Source: the human T2T-CHM13v2.0 reference genome, Homo sapiens. From it: a stretch of DNA of 64,000 nt. Below are positions 11,603 through 24,290 of this stretch, in pieces. The DNA lies in the NCBI RefSeq assembly GCF_009914755.1, contig NC_060930.1. One strand, written 5' to 3'. The translations under genes were made by a program, and so were the position numbers. The notes below the pieces were generated by a model. That model was given only the letters and a program-made list of their open reading frames with translations. It made no database searches and was not told the origin of the DNA. Every line of letters starts with the position of its first letter. The stretch's first letter is position 1.

Positions 11603-13361
11603 ACCAATGTCTTTTAAATATCTAAAAATTTATAATTGTTTGTTTTTCTCCTTGCACTGTTATTCATAGGAATGTTGCCAAAAAAGAGAAATTGTATTAT
11701 TTTCCAGAGAAAATAGGCTAAAAACTGGAAGCAGCTTATGGCAGACTAAATGACTCAGTTGCTACTGTGTGTATAAACGTACCCTGTAAAGTGTAGAGGA
11801 TGCATTTCTCAGCAACAGGTGTGCCTTAAATGTGTTAGATGGGAACATAGGAAAAGTATGGCCCCAGGCTTCTAGGAAAAAAACAGCCTTTTCCTGCCCA
11901 TACTAAATAGCCACTTAGAGACTAGAGTTTTTCCAGACCCTTACATGTTAATCCTTTTTAACAAGTTACCAGATAGCTGAACACAAACTGGGTCAAGCAA
12001 GTCTGTTTCTCAGAAGGCAAGATGTCCCATCCTAACACCATAAATCACACTCACTTTAGAAATACGTTTTTCTTTGATCCAAATGTCTTTTCTTAATAAC
12101 TCATTCCTAAGATTTCCATTTTCAGATTCCTGTTTTTGCATAAGATTGCATGAAATATTTTTTGCCATTACACACAGTGCATTTTATTGAAAGGACTCTA
12201 AAGGGCTTAGGGAAAGGAAAATTTCCCTAAACTGCAAAGAAAGTCAGCTAATCATTCTGAAACATAATAAAAACTAGTTTTTAAAAATAGCTCATGATAG
12301 GTAATGGGGAGTAGGTAGACCCAAACAAGATTGGTCAGTTTCTACCTGGACAATAAAGTAAGGCATTAATTTCCTTCAGATATAGGTATTTCTGTAGCAG
12401 ATATTTTTTAGAATTTTTTTAAAAGTTGTGTAAGGGTGTTTTATTTATCAGAAAAAGTAAATGTATTTTGAACTGTTTGAAATGTAATCCAAAAATTACA
12501 GCTGAAAACATCAATTATTTAAATTTATGTTACACAAATAATTGTAAGTCTTGTGTACTGGAAGTAAACAATAAAAGTATGAATTTTCTTTTGACCACCC
12601 CTTTCCCCTACCAGGGGAATAATGGCTCCATGGCAGAGGCAGTTTGTACCTCAGTCCATATACATCCCCTTCTTATTGGCATTGCAGAGGGATTGCAGCC
12701 TCCCCGCGGCAAGTAGCTCAATGACCAAATATTGAAACTGTCTGAGTCTGTACCCTGCTGCCCATGTCATAAATTCTTGTATCTTAAGGTATCAATTTTT
12801 TATATGCTTTACTTTTACTTATGCTTTTTATTCCTATGCCCTTTCCCTTGTACTCTACACCTACCTGAAATGCAGCATGCATGCCAGCCATGCCTATATC
12901 CCATGAACACTACCTCCAATGCTACCTGACTCTCTACCCTTCCACTTTTCTTTTTATTATCATTAAAGTAATAATGGGCCATTAGTACTACTCAAGACAC
13001 AAAGCCAAGGAGTTTACAAAAACTAAATTACTAAGTACTGTCCTAGCAGCCTTCCTAACTTAATGCCAGTTCCAAAACGGCAAACTCTTTGCCCAGAAGC
13101 AATGTTTGTTCACTGAGAAAATCTGGGTCAGTACATGGCCTTAGTTAAGCCACTTGTTTTTTCTTTATCTCATTTTCCCCCACTGTGGAATTAGCCTGGT
13201 TATTGGCAAAACACTCTGATATTTTTATTAAATATTAAAATGTTAGCAGTAGCCAAAGCTTGAGTGAATTTGATTTTATGAAGCCATGCAGAATTATTTG
13301 GAGATGCTAGTTTCTCTCAATAATAACATCACTACATAATTTAATTTCATACACATACACA

Positions 13362-13600
13362 CAGGGTCCTAAAAGTCTTAGCACAATTTTAGGCTTGACT
13401 AATTTAGAAATATAAGTGCTACAAACTTAAAAAAAAAACTCCACATAATTTGAAAGTTTAACTAGACTTCTTTCTCATTTGTTTACTTTTGTGAATTTTG
13501 AATAATAAAATTTTAGTTTTGATTGTTTTTGTTTAAACATTTGCTACTTTCAGTCAGAAAAACTGACATGTATTTCAAGGACATGGGAAAACTAGCATTG
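13362..13600. mobile_element. Tc1/mariner-type non-autonomous DNA transposon fragment, family uncertain
   Basis: CAGGGTCCTAAAAGTCTTAGCACAATTTTAGGC resembles CAGGGTGTCCCAAAAGTC-type terminal repeats. Confidence 0.45.
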
Positions 13601-13677
13601 TAAGAATTACAGAGCTCTTCACATCTGAGTCAATATTTGTACATTGCTTTAAATATAGTTCATGTCTTTCATCCAGG

Positions 13678-13915
13678 AAACACTTGTTGAGAACCTTCTA
13701 CCTGTAAGGCCTACATTACATCAGTTACATTTCTTCATTTAATCCTTACTGCATCTTTGGAGTTAGATATCATAATCCTCACTTGGAAAATGAGGAACTT
13801 GAAGTCTAAAGGAGTGAAGTGACTTTACCATGATACTTAGAAATTGTATGTGGAAATCAGGACCTCAATCCAAAATCCTCCAGGTCTGCATCTCAAGTTC
13901 TTTCCACACTCTTGC
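13678..13915 (-). mobile_element. MIR
   Basis: CATTTAATCCTTAC...AAATGAGGAACTTGAAG...AAGTGACTT. Confidence 0.75.
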
Positions 13916-14637
13916 ATTATCACTCTCCTTGTTGATGTTCTGCGTATAGACTCTATTTCATTCAAGTGTGGATATATCTAAAAGTCCTCATGAAAATGTA
14001 TATTGAAAGGCAGTCTGGGCCAAAATACAGAAAATTCATAAACCAAGTACCTCATAGATATAATCTCCTTTATCCAGCATAATTAAAGGAACTAAGCAGA
14101 ATTAGTGGATTCACTACAGAATATCGAACCTATCTCAGGTCATATAATGGTCCTGTCACCATTCTTCTCTCTGTAAGATTCAGTGCATTATCTCTTTGAC
14201 AGGCTAATCCCTAGGATGAGCTCTTTTGATCATAAGGGATCCTGAACAGGATGTTTTGCCATCCAGAAAACCAGCACCACTGAGACGCCAGCTGGAGACA
14301 TGTCACGAAAACTTGGCCCTAATTCCAAAGCCAACAGTGTGTTGAAATTAGGGCGTATCATTTGCTTAGTTCCTGACTGCATACTTTACAACTGACAACT
14401 GAAGATTACTAATAATGTCTTCTACTCATGTGTACCCCTCATCCAGGAGGAATCCAAGTCATTTTATCAGTGTGTAGCAGCCATTTAAGTCTCTGATTAT
14501 AGAGTGCTTTTAAGTCCTCAGAATCTTTATTGTGGAGCAGCGCTTTTCTGCAGAGAAGGATTCTCCATTAAAGATCTAAACCTTATAAGCACTTCCTGGA
14601 ACCATACTGCCTGTGTCAACTTGCCTGGTAGACAGAC

Positions 14638-14876
14638 AAACATTTTATTGAACATATACTATATCTTGAGAGCTTTACATTATGTAATCTCAATTAACCC
14701 CACAGTACTTTCAAAATAGCTGTTATTAAACCCATTTTTTAAACAGGAATACTAAGACTTAAGTAAAAGTAAAATAGATAACTTGCCCAGAGGTCACATA
14801 ATATAAAATAGCAGAGGCAAGGTTGAAATCATGTTTGTCTGATTCTGGAGTCTTCATGTTTGCAACTTTATTATGC
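14638..14876 (-). mobile_element. MIR
   Basis: CCCATTTT...TAACTTGCCCAGAGGTCACA...GTCTGATTC. Confidence 0.8.
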
Positions 14877-14927
14877 CCCCTCAGAATTTCCCCATCATGC
14901 TTATTCTAGTTTCCTCCGCCATCTCCC

Positions 14928-15233
14928 TTTTTTTTTTTTTTTTTTTTGAAACGGTCTCACTCTGGTTGCCCAGGCTGAAGTGCAGCGGTGTGATCTCGGC
15001 CCACTGCAGCCTCAACCTCCCAGGCTCAGGTGATCCTCTGACCTCAGCTTCCTAAGTAGTTGGGACTACAGATGCACACCACCATGCCTGGCTAATTTTT
15101 TGTATTTAGTAGAGATGGGGGTTTCACAATGTTGCCCAGGCTGGTCTCAAACTCCTAAACTCAAGCAATCCACTCACCTCCACCTCCCAAAGTACTGTGA
15201 TTACAGACATGAGCGACTGCATCTGGCCCAGCC
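14928..15233 (-). mobile_element. AluJ
   Basis: Antisense Alu with long T-tail; TSD GCCATCTCC. Confidence 0.95.
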
Positions 15234-16129
15234 ATCTCCATCTTTATCCTCCTTTATAAGAATCTTAGGCTTATCCAAACAAGCTAAAAGAGATGATACA
15301 GTTGTGCGTTTATAGTTAGACACATAGATCTGTCTCCAAACCACACTTAAGTCAAACCCTTTAGTTCATTTCAGTCCCTGCTATACATCCACATCAACAA
15401 TTAGTTAATTTAAAAGCATGAAAACAGTTTCAGAATTTAGACTGTGACCTAATCTAACCATATTGCCTAAGGACCTTGAACCTCATAACCTCCGTCATTA
15501 ACATTCTCAACACCATTAAAGATGTAATTAGAATATCTCCTTTAATTTGGAAAACTACATGAACTTCTTAATTTTAACCACCTCCCCTTTATCTGCATGA
15601 GCTCAAATTATTTGCTGGCAAAATGTATTTAATTTTTTTTTCTGTCAAGCCCTTATGAATTTAATTGATTAAGCTCTGTCACTGCCACAACTGATATAGG
15701 CATATATTGGATATTTGAGAGGCTCACCTATTAGTTTAATAGTTCAGTGATAAGTATATGTGTATACATAGAATTGAAGGAAGATAGTTTGAAATTATGT
15801 ATGGGAATCAGCATTTGCTCTATGGAAGGAAATAAGTTACTGAATTGTAATCTAACTAAATATATCACAAAAAATTTGCTTAGCTTTTGCTTTCTCAGAG
15901 TTTCTCACAGTTTTCTTTATACTCCTCTTTAAAAAAGTAATTGTAAGAAAATACTTTGGTTTTGTTTAATTTGAGAATTATTTAAGTTAGAATACTTGAT
16001 ACCTGAAGCTCAGAGTCTCTCTTGCCAGCCTGTTAACAACTTTCTTTGGTCTTAAGGTGCCTTAAAAGAAACACAGAATGTTGTAGAACAAGGAGAATTA
16101 TAAATCCACATTGGTGAAACCAACCTGCA

Positions 16130-16730
16130 TTAGTGCTGTGTGTGTTTAGGGCATACTTGAAGAAAAATACAGATAAATGGAAGCATATTCCAAACAGAGC
16201 CAACAAGAAGGAGAAGGGATTTTTAAAACTTCACAAAGAGGTATAGTTGAAGGAACTCAAGATGTTTAACCCAAAGAAAAGAAATTGCAGAGGTAATAGA
16301 GCAGCTGTTTCCAAATAATTGGAGATTCTGGCTGAGTATGGTGGCTCATGCCTGTAATCCCAACACTTTGGGAGGCTGAGGTGGGAGGGTCACTTGAGGA
16401 CAGGAGTTAAAGACCAGCCTGAGCAACATGGCAAAACCCCTTCTCTTAAAAAAAAAAAATTAACCAAGTACAGTGGGACATGCCTGTGGTCCTAGCTACT
16501 GGGAAGGTCGAGGCAGGAGGATTGCTTGAGCCTCAACACACAAGACTTCAGAGAGGTATGATCAGCCACTGCACTCCAGGCTGGGCAAGAGTGAGACTCT
16601 AAAAATAATACTAATAATACTAATACTACTACTACTACTACTAATAATAATAATAATAATAATTGGAGAGTCTTGTGGTGGAAAAGCAATTTAGACCTGT
16701 TATTTGAGATTCCAAGGAACAGACCAGGGC
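16130..16730 (+). mobile_element. L3/CR1 fragment interrupted by an Alu
   Basis: GTTGAAGGAACTCAAGATGTTTAACCCAAAGAAAAGA...AGCTGTTTCCAAATA, continuing after the Alu. Confidence 0.7.
16330..16657 (+). mobile_element. AluJ with tail converted to (TAC)n/(TAA)n
   Basis: Sense Alu dimer; TSD AATAATTGGAGA(T/G)TCT. Confidence 0.95.
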
Positions 16731-16744
16731 GAATCCGTCAGTCA

Positions 16745-16960
16745 CATAGAGTTACATGGACTGCATGTAACTTCATGGGAGTCCTCCACCAGGACTTCCA
16801 GACAAGGAGGTAAATGTGGGCTGAAATTTTGCCATGCTCCTATGGCCAAGCACTGTGGCTTGGATTAGGCTGTGGTATGCAGAGTTTCTTTTAAAAAAAT
16901 TGATCTGTTTAGAAGAGATGCCTTTTTGTAATGTGCCCAAAAGCACTGTGTGTGTTATGT
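16745..16960. mobile_element. MER91-like hAT-Tip100 element
   Basis: GGGCTGAAAT...GCCAAGC...GATGCCTTTTTGTAATGTGCCCAAAAGCAC resembles the recalled consensus. Confidence 0.4.
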
Positions 16961-17521
16961 AGACTCTGATTTCATGTTCACAGAATTAAAACATTTCTAA
17001 TTAGTCATTTCTTTTCATGAGATAAAATCAGCTTCCTCAAAAACTAGTGGCCTTTTGGGTCTCTAAGCCCCAAGAAATTGGATGACGACTTAATAGAAAT
17101 TTCATTCTAATCATGATACACACAGGCCTATTAACCAGAGGGAGTCTGGGAGTGGCCCAGACCTGAGCCTCAATTCTGGCACTGGCAGTGGTTGTTCAAA
17201 GAGTGGACCTAGCTGCAATGGAAGGAAATGAATTCAGGAGACTGCCATATTGCATTCAGTGAGTGTTATGATTGGCAACCGGTGACTCTGCAGTTGCAGC
17301 TGGCATCAAGAACCAGGCAAAGGTGACAGTCAGGTAGAGCACAATCATGGGAAAGAGAGCAACCAATAAGCTCTATGAACAGAGCTAAATGGATGGCAGT
17401 CTACATGGTAGCTGAGCTCCCATAACGAGATGGTGTTCTGAGGAGATCTGCGGAAGGTGAGGCAGCCCCCACTTCCTAAGGAAGGTAATGAAAATAGGGA
17501 TTCAAGTACAAGAAACAAGGT

Positions 17522-17830
17522 TGAGGGACTGGGGATAAAGTGGGGATGGTTAATGGGTACAAAAATATAGAGATAGAATGAATAAGGTCTAGTATTTCAC
17601 AGCAAAACAGAACAATAATTTACTGTAAACTTAAAGATAACTATTATAAAAGAGTGGGACTGTAATGTTCCTAACACAAAGAAATGATAAATGCTTGAGA
17701 TAATGGATACCCAATTACCCTGATTTGATTATTACACATTGTATGCCTGTATCAAAACATCACCTGTACCCCACAAATATATACACATATTATATGTGCC
17801 CATAATAATTTTTAAAAATTAAAAAGAAAG
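17522..17830 (+). mobile_element. L1MA (MA2-4-like) 3' end
   Basis: GGGGATGGTTAATGGGTACAAAAA...GGATACCCAATTACCCTGATTTGATTATTACAC; TSD AAGAAACAA(G/T)GT. Confidence 0.88.
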
Positions 17831-18922
17831 AAACAATGTCAAGAGCCACTTTCTGGTCAAGACTTAGTCTCTGATAAGAGAAAAACACCCAATAAGAATT
17901 AGTGCTTACCTATAGTGCAGGATTTGTGATGAGGCTGTCTCCCCAGTTGTCAAACCGGAATTCCTTCTATCCCGGACATGTGGGGATCTGAGCTTGGGGC
18001 CGATGGACACTACAGGCGAGGGTCATTGACTTACTTGAGAGCAGGAAACCAGGCGATTTGGAAAATGAAAATATTAGGTTAGCATTTAGACAAAATGGTC
18101 CTTTAGGTATGTTCTAACCCTTACATATTCTGATTCTGTAGTAATAGATGGACTTTTTTGAACTTTAGTTTTTCCATTTTCTCATTTACTTTGGTTAAAT
18201 ACATGAGTGTCTTTTCCCCTGTAGGCTTCCTCGCTCATCTTTGACAAGCATCGCCTTTGTAAAGACAGAACATTTTGACACAGCCTTTTTGATATTCAGT
18301 CACGTCAAGATGTAAAAATGTTTTTACATTGAAAAGGATGAAACTTTTGCTTTGTTAAAGAAGTACTTTTTAATGACAAAAAAAAATGGGGGTGGTGTTT
18401 TCGAGTAATGTGCCTAAGGGATGTTTTCACTCCTATGCCTTCCTTCAGGATATTCCCCACAGGGGGAGCGAGGCCCAGTGTCGGGTCAAAGCTGGACATG
18501 GGGTGCACCACAACTTCAGGGCAGCCCACAAAGCCAGGGTGCGATGAGGGTCAAAGAGAATTTGGATAATTTTTGTGCAAAGAACTTGGTATTTAAAGAA
18601 GTTAAAAATATAATGGTTTGCTCTTTAAGGCATATCAAAATATTCCCTTGCCAAAATTGCTGCATTGAAAAGTCCACACCACTAAAATGGCCCTGTCAAA
18701 ATTTCACCTGCACATGCTCATACTGTAAAGTACAGCTATTTCTGAAGTGCTGGTGTTTTGATTATTATTCTGTTTGACTATTATTTAAAAATGTTAAAAT
18801 TTAGAATCATGGTATAATTATTACATTGTATAATCAGATACCTGGATTTTTGTCATGACTGCAATGACATCAGGATAAATAACCCTGCTCCTTGGCTCCT
18901 TGGCTCCTTGGGTGATGTATTT

Positions 18923-19224
18923 GTCTTTTGTCTTTTGGGTTTTTTGTTTTGTTTTGTTTTGTTTTGGAGACAAGCTCTCTCTCTGTCACCTAGGCTGGAG
19001 TGCAGTGGCATGATCTGCAGCTCACTGCAGCCTCAACCTCCCAGGCTCAGATGATCTTCCCACCTCAGCCTCTTGAGTAGCTGAGGCTAATTTTTGTATT
19101 TTTTTGTAGACATGGGGTTTCGCCATGTTGTCCAGGCTGCTCTCGGACTCCTGGGATCAAATGATCGGCCTGCCTCAGCCTCTGAAAGTGCTGGAATTAC
19201 AAGTGTGAGCCACTGCACCCAGCC
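18923..19224 (-). mobile_element. AluJ with ~27-bp internal deletion
   Basis: GAGTAGCTGA joined directly to GGCTAATTTTTG; degenerate TSD GGGTG...TATTT. Confidence 0.93.
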
Positions 19225-21152
19225 GGGTGGCATATTTTATGTCTCTTCCATACTGATGTGCCCTATAATCTTGGCTAAAAAAAATACAATAAATTCGGCA
19301 TCTTTATTAAATAGCATCCAAATACTTAAAGCCACTCATTTTTTAAACTGTTTTATTATAATTTGATTGTTCTAAAAAATTACTTATTTGAATGCCTATA
19401 TTATTTATTTGAATGCCCCTATACCTAACATGTAACCAGGTAGAAATTTTAATTATACAGTGTACTAATAATCCAGTAATGCAGATTTCTTATGTATGTC
19501 ATCATGATAACTATAATTTATACTATATATGTGGTACATAGGCTTTTAAAAGTCAAATATTCACTAGAAGAGGATGATGGTTATTTCTCTGCTGCTTCAG
19601 TTTTCTTGTGTTAAATTTTTCCTTTCATGTTTTAACCATTTGGGACTAAAATCTTGAAAAGAATAGGTTTTTTAGCTTCCAGGTAGATACCCTGAGAATA
19701 CACACACATAGGTCCAGGATTGGAGTGACTGATGCTTTTCATACAGTAATAGTCCCTGTTGAGCATCCTCTATGCCCCAGTCCTGCGTACTCTGCCCACT
19801 GCCTCAATATTATCACCACGAGCTTTTGAGAAAAGAACAAGCATCCTCATTTTATAGAAGACTGAACCAAAAGAGGTCTTCTTCATTAAATTATTTTTTT
19901 TAGTTTGGAAGAAGAGATCATTTAAATATATATCACTGTTATGGTTTGACTTTTAATTTTTTGGTTCACCATGTGACATATTCTGATTTTGATTCTGCAA
20001 AACCTAGTAGGAAATTCTGGGAAACAAATGAAGTAGATTGCTAGTTTTTCCCTTCTCTTGTTATTTTCCACTCTTTGTAATGCATTTACATATTAATGTA
20101 GTAAATGCTGTGATGATATGGCTGCCAACTCTTTCATCATTTAATCTGTTAAATAAACAAACGTGCTTTGGAATCAATCACTAAAGAAATAGCTACTCAC
20201 TAAAGTTAGAGATTTATTTTACTTTGAGTATAATAACTCGCTTGTAGTTGTAACAAGCAAACTTAAACCAAAATATTCTAAATTATACTTGTCATATTAA
20301 TCCAAAAAGAACAATATTTAACCTAAATGTAAACTAAAAGCCAACATGTTGATCCACTAATTACAGAATAATAAAAGCCAGACTAAAATCAAAGAAACTG
20401 CCCCAGGTTCCTTGTAATGTACTCTGACTCTGTACATAAAGTTACCTCTCCCACCTTCTCCCACCCCTCTGAGTATTAGTCCAAGGATACATCTCTCCAT
20501 CTATCAAAATCTGAGATTGAGCAGGCATTCATCTGTAACCTCATATTTTTTCCTCAGACAGATCGTTGAAAAGATAAATGTTCTAACTGGGAGAAATGGA
20601 GAAAATTTTGCTCTTTCCTCCCTCTTCCAGGATAGGAGGCTTCCCTAAAGAACAAGAAACAAAAACAAAGAAAGAAAGAGCAGCAAAACAAATAAACAAA
20701 CCTAGGTGTCCAGGAAATTATGCATGTTTCTTGACAGAGTTTCTTCAGTCTTTGAAATGGACAGATGGATGAATAGATGGAAGAGAAAATGATTTTATGT
20801 AATAGCTTTATCCAAACATGTTCACATGTACCTCTCTCCCTTCCCTTTACTTCCTAAAGAAGTGCTTTTAGCATGTGTCTGAGTCATGACCTAATGTAAT
20901 ATGTGTTGTTATTAACCTGCTGACATTTTTAAATTCTAATTTTAAGTTAAATCAATCATAGTGATCTCTGTTATAATGTCACTTTTGCTAATTTGCCTTC
21001 CAGTATATTTGTCATAAGAGCATAAGGAGGTCTACTCTGTAGAAAATGGACCAACAAGGGTGTGTTGCACATGAGGACGTGGTTTGTCTTGTGAGTCTCA
21101 GCAAAAAACAAAATGTTAGGACCTACTGCTCTGAAATAGCAATCATGGCTGG

Positions 21153-21362
21153 TACTTGCTGAATAATTTCTAAATGCCAGAAATTGTTTCAAGATCTTTA
21201 CATGGATTATTTCATTTAAACCTCTCAAAAGCTCTGTTAGGCAGGTATCGTTATTCCTATTTTATACCCTAATGTGCTTAAGTAATTCAGCCAAGGTCAC
21301 ACAACTGGTAATTCTTAGAGCCAGGATTTGAACCCAGACCATCCAGCACAGGCCTACACTTT
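21153..21362 (-). mobile_element. MIR
   Basis: CCAAGGTCACACAACTGGTAA...AGAGCCAGGATTTGAACCCAG. Confidence 0.85.
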
Positions 21363-23589
21363 GCTGATTTACAACGAGGAAAAATTTTCATTTCGCGAAT
21401 TGTACAAAAATAGGGGGATCTACATTCAAAGCAACTTCATTATTCAATGAAGAGTATTGTTCAATACTCTCCCATCTCTGGAGAGTATTCAAATTATGAA
21501 TACTGTCAACCAAAAAACCTTGAAATTGATGTCCGTATTTTACATTAAATTATTTTTATAGAGAATTCATTCATACAGATATTGGAGAACCTAAACAATC
21601 CCTGTGAACTTTCCAGATAGCTCTTCTACTAAAAATCAGAAAGCTATGCATGATTTTTCTGCTCTAAAAGTGTCCAGAAATGAGAGTGCTCACATTTTTG
21701 TAGCGGCCCACTAAAGCATTTTATACACTTAGAGAATCTCCTTTCTTTTAAATCTAAGCCTTCCTAGGATTAATATATCTTGCATTTTCTTTTCAATCAA
21801 TGAGATTTTGTTTTCATTCTCTATAAATACTTTATATTCAGATAATTTTTCTAATCACCTCTTCTCTCTGTTATTAATATTGCTGAAGCTAAAATAAAAT
21901 GTACCAATTGAATATGATATTTGAGTTTAATGTTTTTATTTGTATTTACTTATTGGAATGAGACATGCTCTTCACCTTGGGTAATTTAAAAACCATTATT
22001 ATAGTTTAAGGTTCTGTGTTACATCTGTCGCCAATATGGTGTGCCCTTCCTGAAGTATACTATCAATTTTGTAAAACAACCTCAAATCCCAGTAAGTAAA
22101 GCAGTTCTGCAGGTACTTGTACAATCTGGGTGAGATTTTATTTGACCCCATCAAAAATCTTTCTCTAATACAATCCTCCAACCTTTTATGGACAGGAAAA
22201 GAACAGAAATGCTTACATGATATTTCTGCTTCCAGATATCAGATGTGATTTATTACTGAGTAAGGCAACTGGCACAATGGCTTTAACTGGCTTAGAAGAG
22301 CCTAACTGTACTTTCTCCTTAATCATGTTAGTGGCAATCTTAGTATTTAATTACATTTCCAGAGCATCTCAATAGGAGTAGTGTTTTTCGTACATTAAAA
22401 ATAATCTAGAAAAAACTGTTTTCTTGTTTCCCAGACAAATGAGATGAGCTAGTTTCTCAGACCAGAAACATTCTAAGATAATAATTTAATATATATGCTT
22501 ATATTTTAAAATTCTTCTCTTATGTGCATATAAACGTATATCTTTTGCAAAACTTTAATGACAGTCAGCAAGTATGTTGATAATTACGAGTTGAGAAAAG
22601 GCTGTATAAACCATTACACTCAGTGATATATAAACTCTGGAATGTATTTTTGATTAAAGCTCCTCACTTTACTTAGATATAAGTAAAGATTTATATCTTT
22701 ACTTGTATTTTATTTATATTTATATTTCTAAAATCCAGCTGATATTATATTTAATGTTTTAATTATGATATCCTTTAAGCATTAAAAACCATAGTTTTTA
22801 AGCTAAATGAGAATGCCCTTCTCAAACCTGAAAGGACAAATATTTTTGTCCTTTGCCATATTGAGAGTAGGAAAATAAAGGAATATCAGGGTTTTAGTTT
22901 TCTGGAAAATACATTATGAATAATTTTACCTAATTAGATAAGCTAGACATGGTTATGTATAATTTCTTAGAAAAATTTTACAAAGTGAATTCATTCATCT
23001 ACCTAGAAGAGATAAATATGCACTAAATTTCTTAGATCAGATAAGGTAACAAAGTTGTAGAAATGGGGATAAATAGAGTTTGGGACCTGGATGGTCTATC
23101 TACATAAATATTTATTGCAAATGGTTTAACAATCATACAATGAGATTTTGCAGGAAAATTTATTTTCACTTTAATCACTGAAATAACTAAGACCAAAACA
23201 GAAAAACCTATTATTCCTCAAATCCAATGGGAAGAATTAATGAGAAGAAAAAGAGCCAAAAGGCCTTTTGTCAAATAAATAATGATACCATAAATAATAA
23301 TAATAACAGCTACATTTTACTGAGTGCCTGCCATAAACCTGGCACTGTGCTTGGTACCTAACATTGTCCTCATTCCTCACAGCACACAAGAAACTGAGTG
23401 TCACACTCTACTTGAAGGGCAGAACAAGATTTCGGTCCCTAGCCCATGTGCTTCATTGAGTTACACACTTCTCTGAAATACTTGTATTTAAAAGTAAGCA
23501 CAAAAGCGTAAAATGATTACATCTGTACAAAATGGAAAAACACATTTCTCAAAAACATATAGCAGGGTTTATATTGTAGCCAATTATTA

Positions 23590-24290
23590 TTTTCTTTAAA
23601 TAACATTGTACACATTTTTTCCAATAATGTTACCGTTAATGAAAATACTTTGGGGATGTGGTTCTGGAATTGCCTGAAAATCCTACAGCATATTCCCTTT
23701 GATTGTCTAAACTGGTGGACTATATTTGTCTGGGGAGATTGATTTCATTTTTAAAAGCAGCCTGAAGGCATTTAAAACCTTGTTTTATGCATAAAGTGAT
23801 GATTAAAGTAGTTAATACAATATTGCTCAAAACTCTTTTACAGAAAGTCCATTATGACAACCTCATCACAGTGAACTCAGCCACAGCCACACAATCCCTT
23901 GGCTTTGTTTTATGCAGAATCTCTCAGATGCATCATTATTCCTCTATAGCGATCAATTTAATTGAGCATTTTATCCAATAATATGAATTCTCCAAGAATG
24001 TCATTTGTATCACAGGAATAAATCAACATTCATTTCACTTAGATTTTCACAAGTAAACTTTTCTCCATGTTGGAGTTTCCAGTGCAGACTCTAATTGTTT
24101 ATTTCCAGGTTTTATTGGAAACAACATATTTCATCACCAGTTACCAGTTTTCTCAGATACACATTATTTTGTCGAAAGAACACAACAAATGTCAAGTTGT
24201 CACTGTTTGTTAATCAGTCATAATGTGTGAAACATCTTGGCAGAAACTTCTTTCATTCTTGCTTTGTTTTAAATGAAAATGTTTTGTTAT
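23590..24290 (-). pseudogene. Decayed mariner (Tc1/mariner DD34D-type) transposase fragment
   Basis: Manual minus-strand translation across frameshifts: MKEVSAKMF; LVTGDEICCFQ*NLEINN*SLHWK; MLIYSCD...EF; HCDE; NAFRLLLKMKS...AIP; HYWKKCV. Confidence 0.8.
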
